From: Candidatus Iainarchaeum sp.
GTDB taxonomy: Archaea > Iainarchaeota > Iainarchaeia > Iainarchaeales > CSSED10-239
DNA length: 32,000 nucleotides
Assembly: GCA_037441475.1 (NCBI GenBank)
Contig: JBBISB010000001.1
Location: 276,418 to 308,417, forward strand
Reading direction: 5' to 3'
Positions 17,315-26,423 of this stretch are shown here, one piece after another. The notes under the pieces are model-generated. The model did not search any database. It saw nothing but the letters and a program-made list of their open reading frames with translations, and was not told the DNA's origin. The stretch's first letter is position 1, and every line of letters starts with the position of its first letter. The translations under genes and the position numbers were made by a program.

Positions 17315-17722
17315 TCACCTCTTAGACTTCTGCTTTTTCTTTCTAGCACCAACACCAAGTTCCTTCTTAGGCTCCTTGTTTCTGGCATCATCAATTAATA
17401 AATGTCTATCGTAAGCTAAAAATTTATCTTTAATAGTTTTTTTATTTCCATTTGCAAGAACAATTCCCTTAGCAATACAGCTTCTTACAGCTTGTACTTG
17501 AGAAGATGCTCCACCACCAGAGACATTAACATTGTAATTAAATTTAGAGAATTCCTCACGAGATATTTTAGTTGGTTCTAAAACCATTGCTTTTTTATAA
17601 CCTGTAGGATAAATAGCATCAAGAGCCATGTTATTAACTCTTATTTCTCCTTTTCCTGGCTTGATTGCAGCTCTTGCAATTGCACTTTTCCTAGTTGATT
17701 TTACTAAATAACTTTTTACCAT
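17315..17722 (-). CDS. rps9: Ribosomal protein uS9
   Basis: KSTRKSAIARAAIKPGKGEIRVN...NVNVSGGGASSQVQAVRSCIAKGIV...RKEPKKELGVGARKKKQKSKR. Confidence 0.95.
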   Translation of the reverse strand: MVKSYLVKSTRKSAIARAAIKPGKGEIRVNNMALDAIYPTGYKKAMVLEPTKISREEFSKFNYNVNVSGGGASSQVQAVRSCIAKGIVLANGNKKTIKDKFLAYDRHLLIDDARNKEPKKELGVGARKKKQKSKR

Positions 17723-17738
17723 AATATATCACATTTCT

Positions 17739-18161
17739 TTACTCAGAGTATTTTGCACCTAATCTTTTTGATATTTGTTCAAGTGTTAAGAATTTAATAT
17801 TTTTATATTTAACTGGTGCTGGGATTTCCTTATCAAATTTATCAGGAACATCTATATATACTTTTAAATTCTTTAAAACAAGAGCACCTCTAGGACGTCT
17901 TGGAAGCATACCTCTAACCCCTCTTTTTACAAGCATGTCAGGGTATCTTGGGTATTTAGGTAAATTTTTTGGATTTCCTTTTCCCCCTCTCTCTGTTCTT
18001 TCAAAAAATCTTTCATAGATACTATCAGAATTACCACTAAGTATTACTTTTCTTGCATTTACAACTACAATCTTTTTATTGTACTTTAAAAGTTTTTCTG
18101 CAACTTCACTACAAAGTCTTCCATAAACTTTGTTTTCACCATTTATTACAATCATGTCCAT
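17739..18161 (-). CDS. rpl13: Ribosomal protein uL13
   Basis: GRLCSEVAEKLL...VVVNARKVILSG...VKRGVRGMLPRRPRGALVLKNLKVYIDVP. Confidence 0.95.
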   Translation of the reverse strand: MDMIVINGENKVYGRLCSEVAEKLLKYNKKIVVVNARKVILSGNSDSIYERFFERTERGGKGNPKNLPKYPRYPDMLVKRGVRGMLPRRPRGALVLKNLKVYIDVPDKFDKEIPAPVKYKNIKFLTLEQISKRLGAKYSE

Positions 18162-18171
18162 TCACCATAAG

Positions 18172-18534
18172 TTATTTGATTATTACACATTTTTTAAAAT
18201 CAATTTTGTCTTTTGCAAAATCATTCATATTCTTTGCATTATTTTTTAATTTTTCTTTAGCACTTTTTGAAAAACTATAAGCGTAAACAGTTATTTTTTT
18301 ATTTAAATCTCCAACACCTAAAACTTTTCCAGGAACAATAACTATTGATCCTTCTTTTACATTATCAAGTTTTTGTAATTTTGATAAATTTACACTGATT
18401 GTCATTCTTCTTGAAGAAGAAAGCATTTCAGCAACTTTTTTGTAGATTTCTTTTTTACTACTCTTAAAGCTTGTATATAACTTATCTAAAGTTTCTTTTT
18501 TTTCAATATTCATTAAATCTTTTTTAACTGCCAT
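18172..18534 (-). CDS. rpl18e: Ribosomal protein eL18
   Basis: MTISVNLSKLQKLDNVKEGSIVIVPGKVLGVGDLNKKITVYAYSFSKSAKEKL. Confidence 0.92.
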   Translation of the reverse strand: MAVKKDLMNIEKKETLDKLYTSFKSSKKEIYKKVAEMLSSSRRMTISVNLSKLQKLDNVKEGSIVIVPGKVLGVGDLNKKITVYAYSFSKSAKEKLKNNAKNMNDFAKDKIDFKKCVIIK

Positions 18535-18577
18535 AGTTTGACACCCTTTTCTTTATAAATTTTATAATCATAACAAA

Positions 18578-18659
18578 TGCAGGGGACAGGATTCGAACCT
18601 GCGAAGCACTAAGCACAGGATCTTAAGTCCTGCCCCTTTGACCACTCGGGAACCCCTGC
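18578..18659 (-). tRNA. tRNA-Leu (anticodon UAA)
   Basis: Acceptor GCAGGGG/CCCCTGC, anticodon stem CAGGA/TCCTG with loop CTTAAGA, long variable arm, T-arm CAGG-TTCGAAT-CCTG; sits between eL18 and rpo3 as in known archaeal operons. Confidence 0.95.
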
Positions 18660-18682
18660 TTAATTTTTCTTTTAAAAGAAAT

Positions 18683-19420
18683 TTATTTTAATTTCTTTTT
18701 AAGTATCCATACGTATTCCTTTAAATATCTGTCTGTAAGTTTGTATAAATCCTTTGATTTCATTTGTCCAATAAGTTCAACATATAATATATAATTATTG
18801 GTAGGATTGATTTTTAAACACTTTTTTTCACAGTTTTCTATTTGTGATACACAAAAATCATAATCTTCTGGACTTATTATAATATTTTTAGAAGACTCTG
18901 ACTTTATAGCGTTCTTTGATGCTCTTTCAAAAACACCTTTACACTCTTCACAACTTCTTGTTGTTTCAAGTTCATAAAGTTGAGCATAAGAAACTATTGC
19001 AGGCATATACTTAATATGTTCTTTTCCTTGACCTAAGCTTGCATAAGCAATAAGTTTAACTGTTTCACTTTCATTTAATTTTGTTAATGGTATTGTATCA
19101 TAAACCATCTTTATTTCAGAATCATTTGAAACTAAATCCTTAGTATAGATTGTTCCAGGCCCCTTAACATCTAAATTAAAGGTAACTTTTTTACCTGTTG
19201 TTAAAAGTGGAGTTACTACAGGAGAAAGTGCTATTCTGCTTGATAACATCTCATCAAAAATAACTGAGTTATTTTCAAAAAAATCAACCTCATCAATTGC
19301 ATATATTGGAAGATTATAACTAACTGTTCTTCTAATTGTGTTTAAAGTAACATGATCAGTATTCTCTACTAAATACTTGTAGGTTTTATGATCTCTTCCA
19401 ATAAATTTTACTTTCACCAT
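18683..19420 (-). CDS. rpo3: DNA-directed RNA polymerase subunit Rpo3 (D)
   Basis: NTIRRTVSYNLPIYAIDEVDFFENNSVIFDEMLSSRIALSPV; Cys-containing insert. Confidence 0.95.
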   Translation of the reverse strand: MVKVKFIGRDHKTYKYLVENTDHVTLNTIRRTVSYNLPIYAIDEVDFFENNSVIFDEMLSSRIALSPVVTPLLTTGKKVTFNLDVKGPGTIYTKDLVSNDSEIKMVYDTIPLTKLNESETVKLIAYASLGQGKEHIKYMPAIVSYAQLYELETTRSCEECKGVFERASKNAIKSESSKNIIISPEDYDFCVSQIENCEKKCLKINPTNNYILYVELIGQMKSKDLYKLTDRYLKEYVWILKKKLK

Positions 19421-19456
19421 ATATAATCACTTTTTTTTTTATAAAGTTTCTAAACT

Positions 19457-19843
19457 TTAATCTCTTCTATGAGATTTCTTTTTTCTACAACCATCATGTG
19501 GAACTGGGGTAGTGTTTAATATACTTAATATTCTTAAACCATGTCTTGTTAAAGACTTGATTGAAGGTTCAGCACCTTGACCAGGATTATAATAAAGATT
19601 ACCACCTGGAGCTCTTATCTTAACATGAACTTCTTTAATACCTCTTTCTTTTGCTTTTTCAGCAATTATCTGAGACATTTTCATAGCAATATAAGGAGAG
19701 CCTTCTTTATGTTGTGCTTTTGTTAATTGTCCACCTGATGATTTTGCAATAATTTCTGCTCCAGTTTCATCTGTTAACACCATTATAGTGTTATTTCTAG
19801 ATGCAAAAATATTTACAATACCTATCTTTTCAACTGATACCAT
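19457..19843 (-). CDS. rps11: Ribosomal protein uS11
   Basis: NIFASRNNTIMVLTDETGAEIIAKSSGG...IRAPGGNLYYNPGQGAEPSIKSLTRHGLRI...PHDGCRKKKSHRRD. Confidence 0.97.
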   Translation of the reverse strand: MVSVEKIGIVNIFASRNNTIMVLTDETGAEIIAKSSGGQLTKAQHKEGSPYIAMKMSQIIAEKAKERGIKEVHVKIRAPGGNLYYNPGQGAEPSIKSLTRHGLRILSILNTTPVPHDGCRKKKSHRRD

Positions 19844-19849
19844 TTATTT

Positions 19850-20431
19850 TCACTCCTTACTCTCTACAACTGCAGCTTCAGTTTTTTCTTTCTTAGCTTC
19901 CTTTGAAACTGGCTTTCCTTTCTTTTCAGTCATTTTTTCAACCATGTCTTTAATTTGTGTATTACTGTAAGAAATTGAGTCGTTTGCTTCAACTATTGAG
20001 CCAGGTATTTTTCTAACACTTCCGTTAACTGCAATATGTCCGTGAGTAATTATTTGTCTTGCTTGGTTTGGTGTTAATGCAAGACCTTTTTTAAAAACTA
20101 AAGTTTGAAGTCTTCTATCTAAATAATCTGTTAGGCTTAATTTTAAAACGTCTTCGACCTTATGTTCTTTTGTAAAAATACCTATTCTTACAAGTCTGTT
20201 TAAAAGTTCATCTTTTCTGGTACTGTAATCATCAACTCTACCAGCAAGTAAAAGTCTTGCTCTTTTTCTAAAGTTTCTAACTTCAGTTTCAGCTTTCCAG
20301 ATTTCTTTCTTACGTCTAAGACCATAATCTTCAGAAATTTGTTTTTCTGTTCTTATTTTTTGTTTGTTCCATTTCATTTTTGGAACATCGTATTTTCTAT
20401 TTAATCTCTTTGGGTCACCCATAAAAATCAC
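19850..20431 (-). CDS. rps4: Ribosomal protein uS4
   Basis: MGDPKRLNRKYDVPKMKW...DYLDRRLQTLVFKKGLALTPNQARQIITHGHIAVNG. Confidence 0.96.
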   Translation of the reverse strand: MIFMGDPKRLNRKYDVPKMKWNKQKIRTEKQISEDYGLRRKKEIWKAETEVRNFRKRARLLLAGRVDDYSTRKDELLNRLVRIGIFTKEHKVEDVLKLSLTDYLDRRLQTLVFKKGLALTPNQARQIITHGHIAVNGSVRKIPGSIVEANDSISYSNTQIKDMVEKMTEKKGKPVSKEAKKEKTEAAVVESKE

Positions 20432-20434
20432 TTC

Positions 20435-21094
20435 TTAAAAATTATTTTTCTTTGTAACACCAACAGCTCCGCCTTTTCTGAAAGATGACTTTGTTTTCTG
20501 TCCTCTTACTGTAAGACCCCACTGAAGTCTTAATCCTCTGTAACTTTTTATTTTTCCAAGTCTTTGAAGATCTTTTCTGTTTTCAAGTCTTAAATCTGCC
20601 ATGATTAAATGTTTTTTATTTCCTTCCATTGTTCTTGATCTGTTTAAAAGCCAAGAAGGAACTTCCTTGTCAAGATTTAAAATAATTGTTTCGATTATTT
20701 CAACATCAGCATCAGCTAAGTAACCAACTTTTTTAACTATCTTGCCTGTTTTCTTTGTGTAAACAGTAACGATTGAGTCAGCAACTCTTTTTCCTATACC
20801 ATAAACAAAGCAAAGACCATCCTTTAAGGTTAAAAAACCAGGAACATCTCTTCCACTTACTCTTACAACATGTCTGAAATCTTTTGATTCCTTAGAAGCA
20901 TCAAAGTGAGAAGGTGCTTTTCTGGTTGGTTGATTTACAATTCTTTCTGTCTTTGTTGCAACCTTTACACCAAAATTATCATTCTTACCTTTATTCCCTT
21001 TTGCAGGAGTCATTGAATTCTTGGAATTTTTTGAATTCTTGGAATTACTTTTAGGTTTCTTACCTGAACTATCTTTTTTCTTTGCTTTAGCCAT
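20435..21094 (-). CDS. rps13: Ribosomal protein uS13 with low-complexity N-terminal extension
   Basis: FRHVVRVSGRDVPGFLTLKDGLCFVYGIGKRVAD...SYRGLRLQWGLTVRGQKTKSSFRKG. ATG at 21094 preferred over the GTG at 21103. Confidence 0.95.
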   Translation of the reverse strand: MAKAKKKDSSGKKPKSNSKNSKNSKNSMTPAKGNKGKNDNFGVKVATKTERIVNQPTRKAPSHFDASKESKDFRHVVRVSGRDVPGFLTLKDGLCFVYGIGKRVADSIVTVYTKKTGKIVKKVGYLADADVEIIETIILNLDKEVPSWLLNRSRTMEGNKKHLIMADLRLENRKDLQRLGKIKSYRGLRLQWGLTVRGQKTKSSFRKGGAVGVTKKNNF

Positions 21095-21116
21095 ATTTAA
21101 CACTCATTTATAATAT

Positions 21117-21272
21117 TTATATTGGAAAGACGTGGAATATACTTAGTCTTACCTCTTTATCTTTTACTTTATAAAAAACGTCGTTCTTTACAACTTTTTC
21201 AATTTTAATTTTTTTACCAAAATCTCTTCCCTGAATTATTATACATTCGGTTCCTGCTTTTAAAACACCCAT
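21117..21272 (-). CDS. rpl14e: Short KOW-type ribosomal protein eL14 (L14e)-like
   Basis: Manual translation: MGVLKAGTECIIIQGRDFGKKIKIEKVVKNDVFYKVKDKEVRLSIFHVFPI* (51 aa); KOW-like fold residues and position between eL34 and uS13 match archaeal L14e synteny. Absent from the ORF track (too short). Confidence 0.72.
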   Translation of the reverse strand: MGVLKAGTECIIIQGRDFGKKIKIEKVVKNDVFYKVKDKEVRLSIFHVFPI

Positions 21273-21297
21273 AATTAATCACTCACTATATATATTA

Positions 21298-21648
21298 CTA
21301 CTCTATTTTGTTTTTAATCATTTCGATATATTTTACATATCTTAAATCTACATCATCTAAAGTTATTACATTGTACTTAAGCATTACTGCTTGAAGATAA
21401 ATATCTTTTCTAACATCTGGAGATATCATAGACGCTAAAAGATTTTCTGGTCTTCTTTGTGTTTTTGTAAGTTTTAAAACTTCAAATGGTCTTTTACCAT
21501 GAGGCATACCTTGAAGTGGTTTTTTAGATATTGCACATACATGTTTACCTGGTTTCTTCTTTAAGACATGTCTTGAAGAATTTCCACCTGGTGTTTTTAC
21601 GGTTTTATGTTTTTTAAATTTTTGATCAAAGTTTGACATATAATTCAC
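21298..21648 (-). CDS. rpl34e: Ribosomal protein eL34
   Basis: HKTVKTPGGNSSRHVLKKKPGKHVCAISKKPLQGMPHGKRPFEVLKLTKTQRRPEN. Confidence 0.9.
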   Translation of the reverse strand: MNYMSNFDQKFKKHKTVKTPGGNSSRHVLKKKPGKHVCAISKKPLQGMPHGKRPFEVLKLTKTQRRPENLLASMISPDVRKDIYLQAVMLKYNVITLDDVDLRYVKYIEMIKNKIE

Positions 21649-21668
21649 CTTTTTTATTTAAGTATTAT

Positions 21669-22127
21669 TTATTCTTTTAATTCTCCCTCATGATAATATC
21701 TTTTTACCATTTTCTTATCATAGATGCTACTAATTATCATTGAAAGAATAACACCAATTATAACGTAAGCCCAAAAGCCTGTTTTAACAGTAAATAAAAT
21801 AAAATCATAAGCTACATTATAATATTTATTTACAAACCAAAGCATAGGGAACGCAATAACAAGCATTACAAGCATTGATTTTTGTTGAAGTCTAAATTGT
21901 TTTCCTATTAAAGAAAATGCTTCTTTTTGCTTTTCTTTAACAGCTTGCATATTCTGTTGATTTGCTAAAACCTTCATTTCTTTATTTATTTGTTTACTTT
22001 TTAATTTAATATAAAAATAATCTTTAGGATTAACTGTGAAATGTTGAACCAATTTACTTGAGAAGGCAAAGATTAAAGATATTAAAATAATATCAACCCA
22101 GTAACTTATAAGTGGAGCTTCAAACAT
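21669..22127 (-). CDS. DUF106/EMC3-TMCO1-type Oxa1-superfamily membrane protein
   Basis: Three hydrophobic segments with a coiled-coil between, KSKQINKEMKVLANQQNMQAVKEKQKEAF...FRLQQKSMLVMLVI; adjacent to secY as in other archaea. Confidence 0.85.
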   Translation of the reverse strand: MFEAPLISYWVDIILISLIFAFSSKLVQHFTVNPKDYFYIKLKSKQINKEMKVLANQQNMQAVKEKQKEAFSLIGKQFRLQQKSMLVMLVIAFPMLWFVNKYYNVAYDFILFTVKTGFWAYVIIGVILSMIISSIYDKKMVKRYYHEGELKE

Positions 22128-22145
22128 TCTTATTTATCCTTTTTT

Positions 22146-23477
22146 TTATTTCCTACCAGCCACTTGCTTTAAAAGAGCACTGTTTTGGAAAACTTGATCT
22201 TTTGCAAGGACCTCATAGATTTTATAAATAACACCAACTGTTAATAAAATACCAGTTCCAGAACCAATGGCACCTGTAAGGTCTGAAAAGAAAGCTAAAA
22301 GTCCAACAAATATAGAACCTAAAATAGTTATTGTAGGTATATATCTATTTAAAACTGTTGAAAGAACTCTTTCATCTCTTCTAAAACCTGGTATTGACAT
22401 TCCTGAATTTTGAAGTTGTCTTGCAACAGAACTAGCATCCTGTCCACCAACCATAACCCAGAACTTACCGAAGATAACACAAGTTAAAACAAATAATATC
22501 ATGTAAATTAAAGCATTAATCCACATTGCACTTGTAGCACCACCCAAAATTGCATTTTCAAGCAATTGATATTGTGGTGTTAAGACAGCGCCTATCTTAA
22601 ACATTATATTCTCAAGTCTTGTATTTTTTGCAAGATTAACTAAAAGATTAATGTTTGCAAATAAAGTGGATGCAAAGATAACTGGCATTACAGAAACATA
22701 CAAAAGTTTCACTGGATACTTGGCCCCCATCCCACTTCTACCAACAGTTAATGGAATGTTAACATGCATACCCTCAATATAAACTACTATTAAAAAAACT
22801 AAAATAGTAACTAATAATGGAATAATAACTAAAGTTAAAAGTTGTAGCATAGCACCAGTACTTATCAAGTTAACAGCCATGAAGATAAGTCCACCAGCTG
22901 AACCTGCTATTGGAGGTGCAAATATTCTCCAGATAATTGCTTGAGAAACACCTGCTGCAATGAAAAGTCCAATACCAGAACCAATACCGTACTTTGAAAC
23001 AACTTCATCTAAATATAAAATAATTATTGCACCAATAACAACCTGAAGTACAGCAAAGAAACCCATTCCAGGAACAGGCATTAAAAAACCTATCTTAACT
23101 GCAACAATTGCTTCAACAATTGCTAACACAACTGAAGATACTTTTTGTAAAATACTAAATTTTGCTCTATCTTGAGGATTTGAAAAATCAAGATTAATAA
23201 TCTTAACACCAGCAAGTAATTGCAAAATAATGGATGCAAGAACAATAGGACCAATTCCTAAGGTTATTAAAGAACCGATCTGACTTGCTAAGATCATTTG
23301 AAGATATTCAAGTTGAGGTAACTGAGATTGATTTATACCAATAAGCATTACTGATCCTAAAATAAAGAAAATAACTAGGACTATAGCCGTCCATACTAAT
23401 TTATCTTTAATAGTTAAAGATTTTGTAGGGTCCTTAACAGAAGGAAGTAATTTTTGTGCTACTGAATAAAAACTCAT
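22146..23477 (-). CDS. secY: Preprotein translocase subunit SecY
   Basis: Multi-TM protein, GIGSGIGLFIAAGVSQ, VEGMHVNIPLTV, GPIVLASIILQLL motifs. Confidence 0.96.
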   Translation of the reverse strand: MSFYSVAQKLLPSVKDPTKSLTIKDKLVWTAIVLVIFFILGSVMLIGINQSQLPQLEYLQMILASQIGSLITLGIGPIVLASIILQLLAGVKIINLDFSNPQDRAKFSILQKVSSVVLAIVEAIVAVKIGFLMPVPGMGFFAVLQVVIGAIIILYLDEVVSKYGIGSGIGLFIAAGVSQAIIWRIFAPPIAGSAGGLIFMAVNLISTGAMLQLLTLVIIPLLVTILVFLIVVYIEGMHVNIPLTVGRSGMGAKYPVKLLYVSVMPVIFASTLFANINLLVNLAKNTRLENIMFKIGAVLTPQYQLLENAILGGATSAMWINALIYMILFVLTCVIFGKFWVMVGGQDASSVARQLQNSGMSIPGFRRDERVLSTVLNRYIPTITILGSIFVGLLAFFSDLTGAIGSGTGILLTVGVIYKIYEVLAKDQVFQNSALLKQVAGRK

Positions 23478-23854
23478 TCAATAACCCCTCCAAGCTTCTC
23501 AATCTTTTCTCTTGCGATTTTAGTCACTTGTGCATTTTTAATTATTACTTTTTTATTAATGTTTCCTGTACCTAAGATTTTATCAAAACCTAAAACCTTA
23601 AGATCAACAGTATCACTTGTTTTTAAGTATTTATTTAAATCATGTAAAGTAATTGTTACTAATTTAACTTTAGGTCCAAGTCTTGGAGAAATTAATTTTC
23701 TCTTACCAATAACAACTTGGTACTTTGTAACCTTATGCTTAAAAGATCCACCTCTACCGGCACCACCTTCGTTACCAGCACCTCTTTTGTTTTTAGTATT
23801 TCCTTTTCCGTGAGTTCTTTTTCCTCTAAGTCTATCAACTTTTGATTTTGGCAT
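23474..23854 (-). CDS. rpl15: Ribosomal protein uL15
   Basis: KVDRLRGKRTHGKGNTKNKRGAGNEGGAGRGGSFKHK. Confidence 0.94.
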   Translation of the reverse strand: MPKSKVDRLRGKRTHGKGNTKNKRGAGNEGGAGRGGSFKHKVTKYQVVIGKRKLISPRLGPKVKLVTITLHDLNKYLKTSDTVDLKVLGFDKILGTGNINKKVIIKNAQVTKIAREKIEKLGGVIE

Positions 23855-23882
23855 ATAATATCACATTTTTTTAAAAATAAAT

Positions 23883-24344
23883 TTATATCATTCTTTTTAA
23901 TAAATCATTAATTTTTTCTTTTCTATAACCTAAGGCTCCGCCTTCTACAAAGGTTTTCTTAATACCTTGTCTATCGTATCCTTTTGATGGAGGTTTAAGT
24001 CTAAATACTGGTTTAATATTTAATTCTTTAATAGTTTTCTTACCTTCTAAAATATCATTTATAACTTTGTCAGCATCTTTTGCAAAAGCTTCTGAAAAAG
24101 AAATTAATTTATTATCTTTTGTGTAAACAAAACCTCTTTTAACAAGCATTTTTTTTAAAACTTCTTGAGAAATCTCTCCCCAAGTAATATAATCTTTTGC
24201 TTTTCTTAAACTTCCTTTAAGATAGTTTGAATCATTGTATAAAACACAATGGTTTGCTCTAGTTAAATTTAACAAAGACATTGCTTTTTCTATGTCCTTT
24301 TTAATCTTAACAGGACCTCTTACTCTTAATATAGCCATCAACAT
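23883..24344 (-). CDS. rpl30: Ribosomal protein uL30
   Basis: AILRVRGPVKIKKDIEKAMSLLNLTRANHCVLYNDSNYLKGSLRKAKDYITWGEI. Confidence 0.94.
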   Translation of the reverse strand: MLMAILRVRGPVKIKKDIEKAMSLLNLTRANHCVLYNDSNYLKGSLRKAKDYITWGEISQEVLKKMLVKRGFVYTKDNKLISFSEAFAKDADKVINDILEGKKTIKELNIKPVFRLKPPSKGYDRQGIKKTFVEGGALGYRKEKINDLLKRMI

Positions 24345-24369
24345 ATATATTTCACATTTATTTTAAATT

Positions 24370-25068
24370 TTATTCTTCTTTCTTTTCAGGTAAAGTTTTA
24401 AGTTTACTTAAGTTATGTAAAGCATCAATAGTTGCTTTAACAAAGTTTAATTTTGTGTCAGTTGCTCCTCTTGTCTTAGACCATACGTTTGTTATACCTG
24501 CAAGTTCTAAAACTGGTTTAATAGAGTCACTTACCGCAAGACCAACACCTTTAGGTGCAGGTAAAAGTTCAACTCTTAATGAAGCACATTTTCCAATAAT
24601 TCTGTAAGGTACAGAGTTATCATCATAAGTGTTACTTTCCCAACTACCAGATCCTCTCTTAACAATAATCATATTAAGTTTAGCTTTCTGTATAGCTTTT
24701 TCTTGAGCATTAAATCTTTCAATATCTTTTGCAGAGGCAATACCGATATGTCCGTTTGAATCTCCAACAATTGCAGTTACTCTAAAAGAAAAATGCCTAC
24801 CTGCTCTTGTAACTCTAGTTGTCTTCTTAACATCTACAACCTTGTGTTTAAGGTTTGGCATTAAACAATCAACTATTTGAGGCTCCATTATTTTTCCGTG
24901 TTTTAAAGCATCCTTTAAAGAATTAATTTCTCCAGCTTTAACTTTTCTACCTAAGTTTGTCTTTGGAGTCCATAAGTCTTTATTGAAAACAACTTCTTGT
25001 TGTACTCTATCAGGTCTTTTTCTTTTTTGACCTGTTTTATTTTGACTATCAGTTTTTTCTATTGGCAT
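24370..25068 (-). CDS. rps5: Ribosomal protein uS5
   Basis: VVDVKKTTRVTRAGRHFSFRVTAIVGDSNGHIGIASAKDIE...ELLPAPKGVGLAVSDSIKPVLELAGITNVWSKTRGATDT. Confidence 0.96.
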   Translation of the reverse strand: MPIEKTDSQNKTGQKRKRPDRVQQEVVFNKDLWTPKTNLGRKVKAGEINSLKDALKHGKIMEPQIVDCLMPNLKHKVVDVKKTTRVTRAGRHFSFRVTAIVGDSNGHIGIASAKDIERFNAQEKAIQKAKLNMIIVKRGSGSWESNTYDDNSVPYRIIGKCASLRVELLPAPKGVGLAVSDSIKPVLELAGITNVWSKTRGATDTKLNFVKATIDALHNLSKLKTLPEKKEE

Positions 25069-25090
25069 AAAATATCACATCATTTCAAAA

Positions 25091-25606
25091 TTACTTTTTA
25101 GAAAGTATTTTTGTTTTAACCTCTAAAAAATCTTTACTTAAATTGTTCTTTAAATGAGCATCTACATGCTTGCCCTCTATTCTATCTTTGTCAGGGAAAG
25201 CCTTAGGATCGTGAGGACACTCAATACCAGCATCAACAATGCCTTTTAAAGCTGCATAGATTCTGTTCTTTGATTTATAATTTTTAACACCAGTATCAAA
25301 AATAACTTTTTTAATACCTTTTTCTTTAGCAACAACTCCTGTTAAAAGACCAGTTAAGTATATTGCAGCTGTGTTTTTAAGAGAGTGTTTCCACCCAAAA
25401 TCTTTAAGTTTGTTTGATGTTACAAAAACTAAGGATAAATCTCCTTCCATCTTATAATCTATGATTTGTCCTCTTACTAAATTATTAGATAATCTAACAA
25501 CAAATCTTTTTTCATCAGATTTTAAGAATTTAAGTCTTTTATTATAATCTGTTTTTTGTTCTCTCTTTCTTCTAAAAGGAACATTATATGTAGGACCTAT
25601 TTTCAT
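25091..25606 (-). CDS. rpl18: Ribosomal protein uL18
   Basis: GPTYNVPFRRKREQKTDYNKRLKFLKSDEKRFVVRLSNN...AAIYLTGLLTG...DAGIECPHDPKAFPDKDRIEGKHV. Confidence 0.95.
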   Translation of the reverse strand: MKIGPTYNVPFRRKREQKTDYNKRLKFLKSDEKRFVVRLSNNLVRGQIIDYKMEGDLSLVFVTSNKLKDFGWKHSLKNTAAIYLTGLLTGVVAKEKGIKKVIFDTGVKNYKSKNRIYAALKGIVDAGIECPHDPKAFPDKDRIEGKHVDAHLKNNLSKDFLEVKTKILSKK

Positions 25607-26052
25607 TTATTTTCACCATTAATATATTCTTCTAGATGTTTCTTTCCTCTAAAATAATTTCCTTTAATCTTAAGGTATAAGCTATTATAACTTCTTTTGT
25701 TTAATTTATCTTCAGCCTTTAATTCTCTTAATCTTTTTCTTAAAGCTCTAACCTTTAAATTATATTCATTAGTTGTTTTTCTAGCATTCTTGGTACCTTT
25801 TCTTTTACCAGGACCTCTTTTTCTTTTAAGTTTCTTTTTTTCAAGTAAAGTTCTAGCTCTTCCTCTTGATTGTCCGGTGTTTGATTTTTTAACAGTTAAA
25901 CCTTCAACAATTATTTTTCTAACATCATCTTTAGTTATAGCATCAGAAACCATCTTCTTATTAGCTTCTAATTTTTCTACATTTAAAGTGATTTTATGCT
26001 TACTTTTTTTAAGTATTTTACCAGCTACTGCTTTTAATTTATTTAATTTCAT
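25603..26052 (-). CDS. rpl19e: Ribosomal protein eL19
   Basis: AITKDDVRKIIVEGLTVKKSNTGQSRGRARTLLEKKKLKRKRGPGKRKGTKNAR. Confidence 0.95.
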   Translation of the reverse strand: MKLNKLKAVAGKILKKSKHKITLNVEKLEANKKMVSDAITKDDVRKIIVEGLTVKKSNTGQSRGRARTLLEKKKLKRKRGPGKRKGTKNARKTTNEYNLKVRALRKRLRELKAEDKLNKRSYNSLYLKIKGNYFRGKKHLEEYINGENK

Positions 26053-26064
26053 AAAGCTTCACAT

Positions 26065-26412
26065 TTAATTTAAAACCTTTAACTTCTTTTCTTTTGCAAG
26101 TGCAGTAAGTTCTATTTTTTTCTTTTCTCCAAGTCTTTTACTAAACCTTACAGCAACTTTTTCTTCTGCAATATTTAATAAATCTGTTTTTGAAGAAACT
26201 AAAACTTCTTTTAAGCTTGAAGGATGCATTCCTTTTTTATCTTTCTTGTGACCATAACCTATTTTTGGCATAGGGCCTCTTACACTAGAAAGGGATCTAT
26301 CAATACCTCTTGGAAATCTCCAAGCTTGTACATCTCTTCTTTTCTTTTTTCTTCTTGTAGTTAAGCCGTAATGGGCTCTAAAGTTTGGTGTATAGTTACT
26401 CATAATAATCAT
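26065..26412 (-). CDS. rpl32e: Ribosomal protein eL32
   Basis: WRFPRGIDRSLSSVRGPMPKIGYGHKKDKKGMHPSSLKEVLVSSKTDL. Confidence 0.93.
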   Translation of the reverse strand: MIIMSNYTPNFRAHYGLTTRRKKKRRDVQAWRFPRGIDRSLSSVRGPMPKIGYGHKKDKKGMHPSSLKEVLVSSKTDLLNIAEEKVAVRFSKRLGEKKKIELTALAKEKKLKVLN

Positions 26413-26423
26413 TCATTTAAAAG

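Noticed and set aside
18578-18659. tRNA-Leu placement between eL18 and rpo3 as novel
   Set aside because: A tRNA-Leu ahead of the L18e-L13-S9 block is an established archaeal arrangement.
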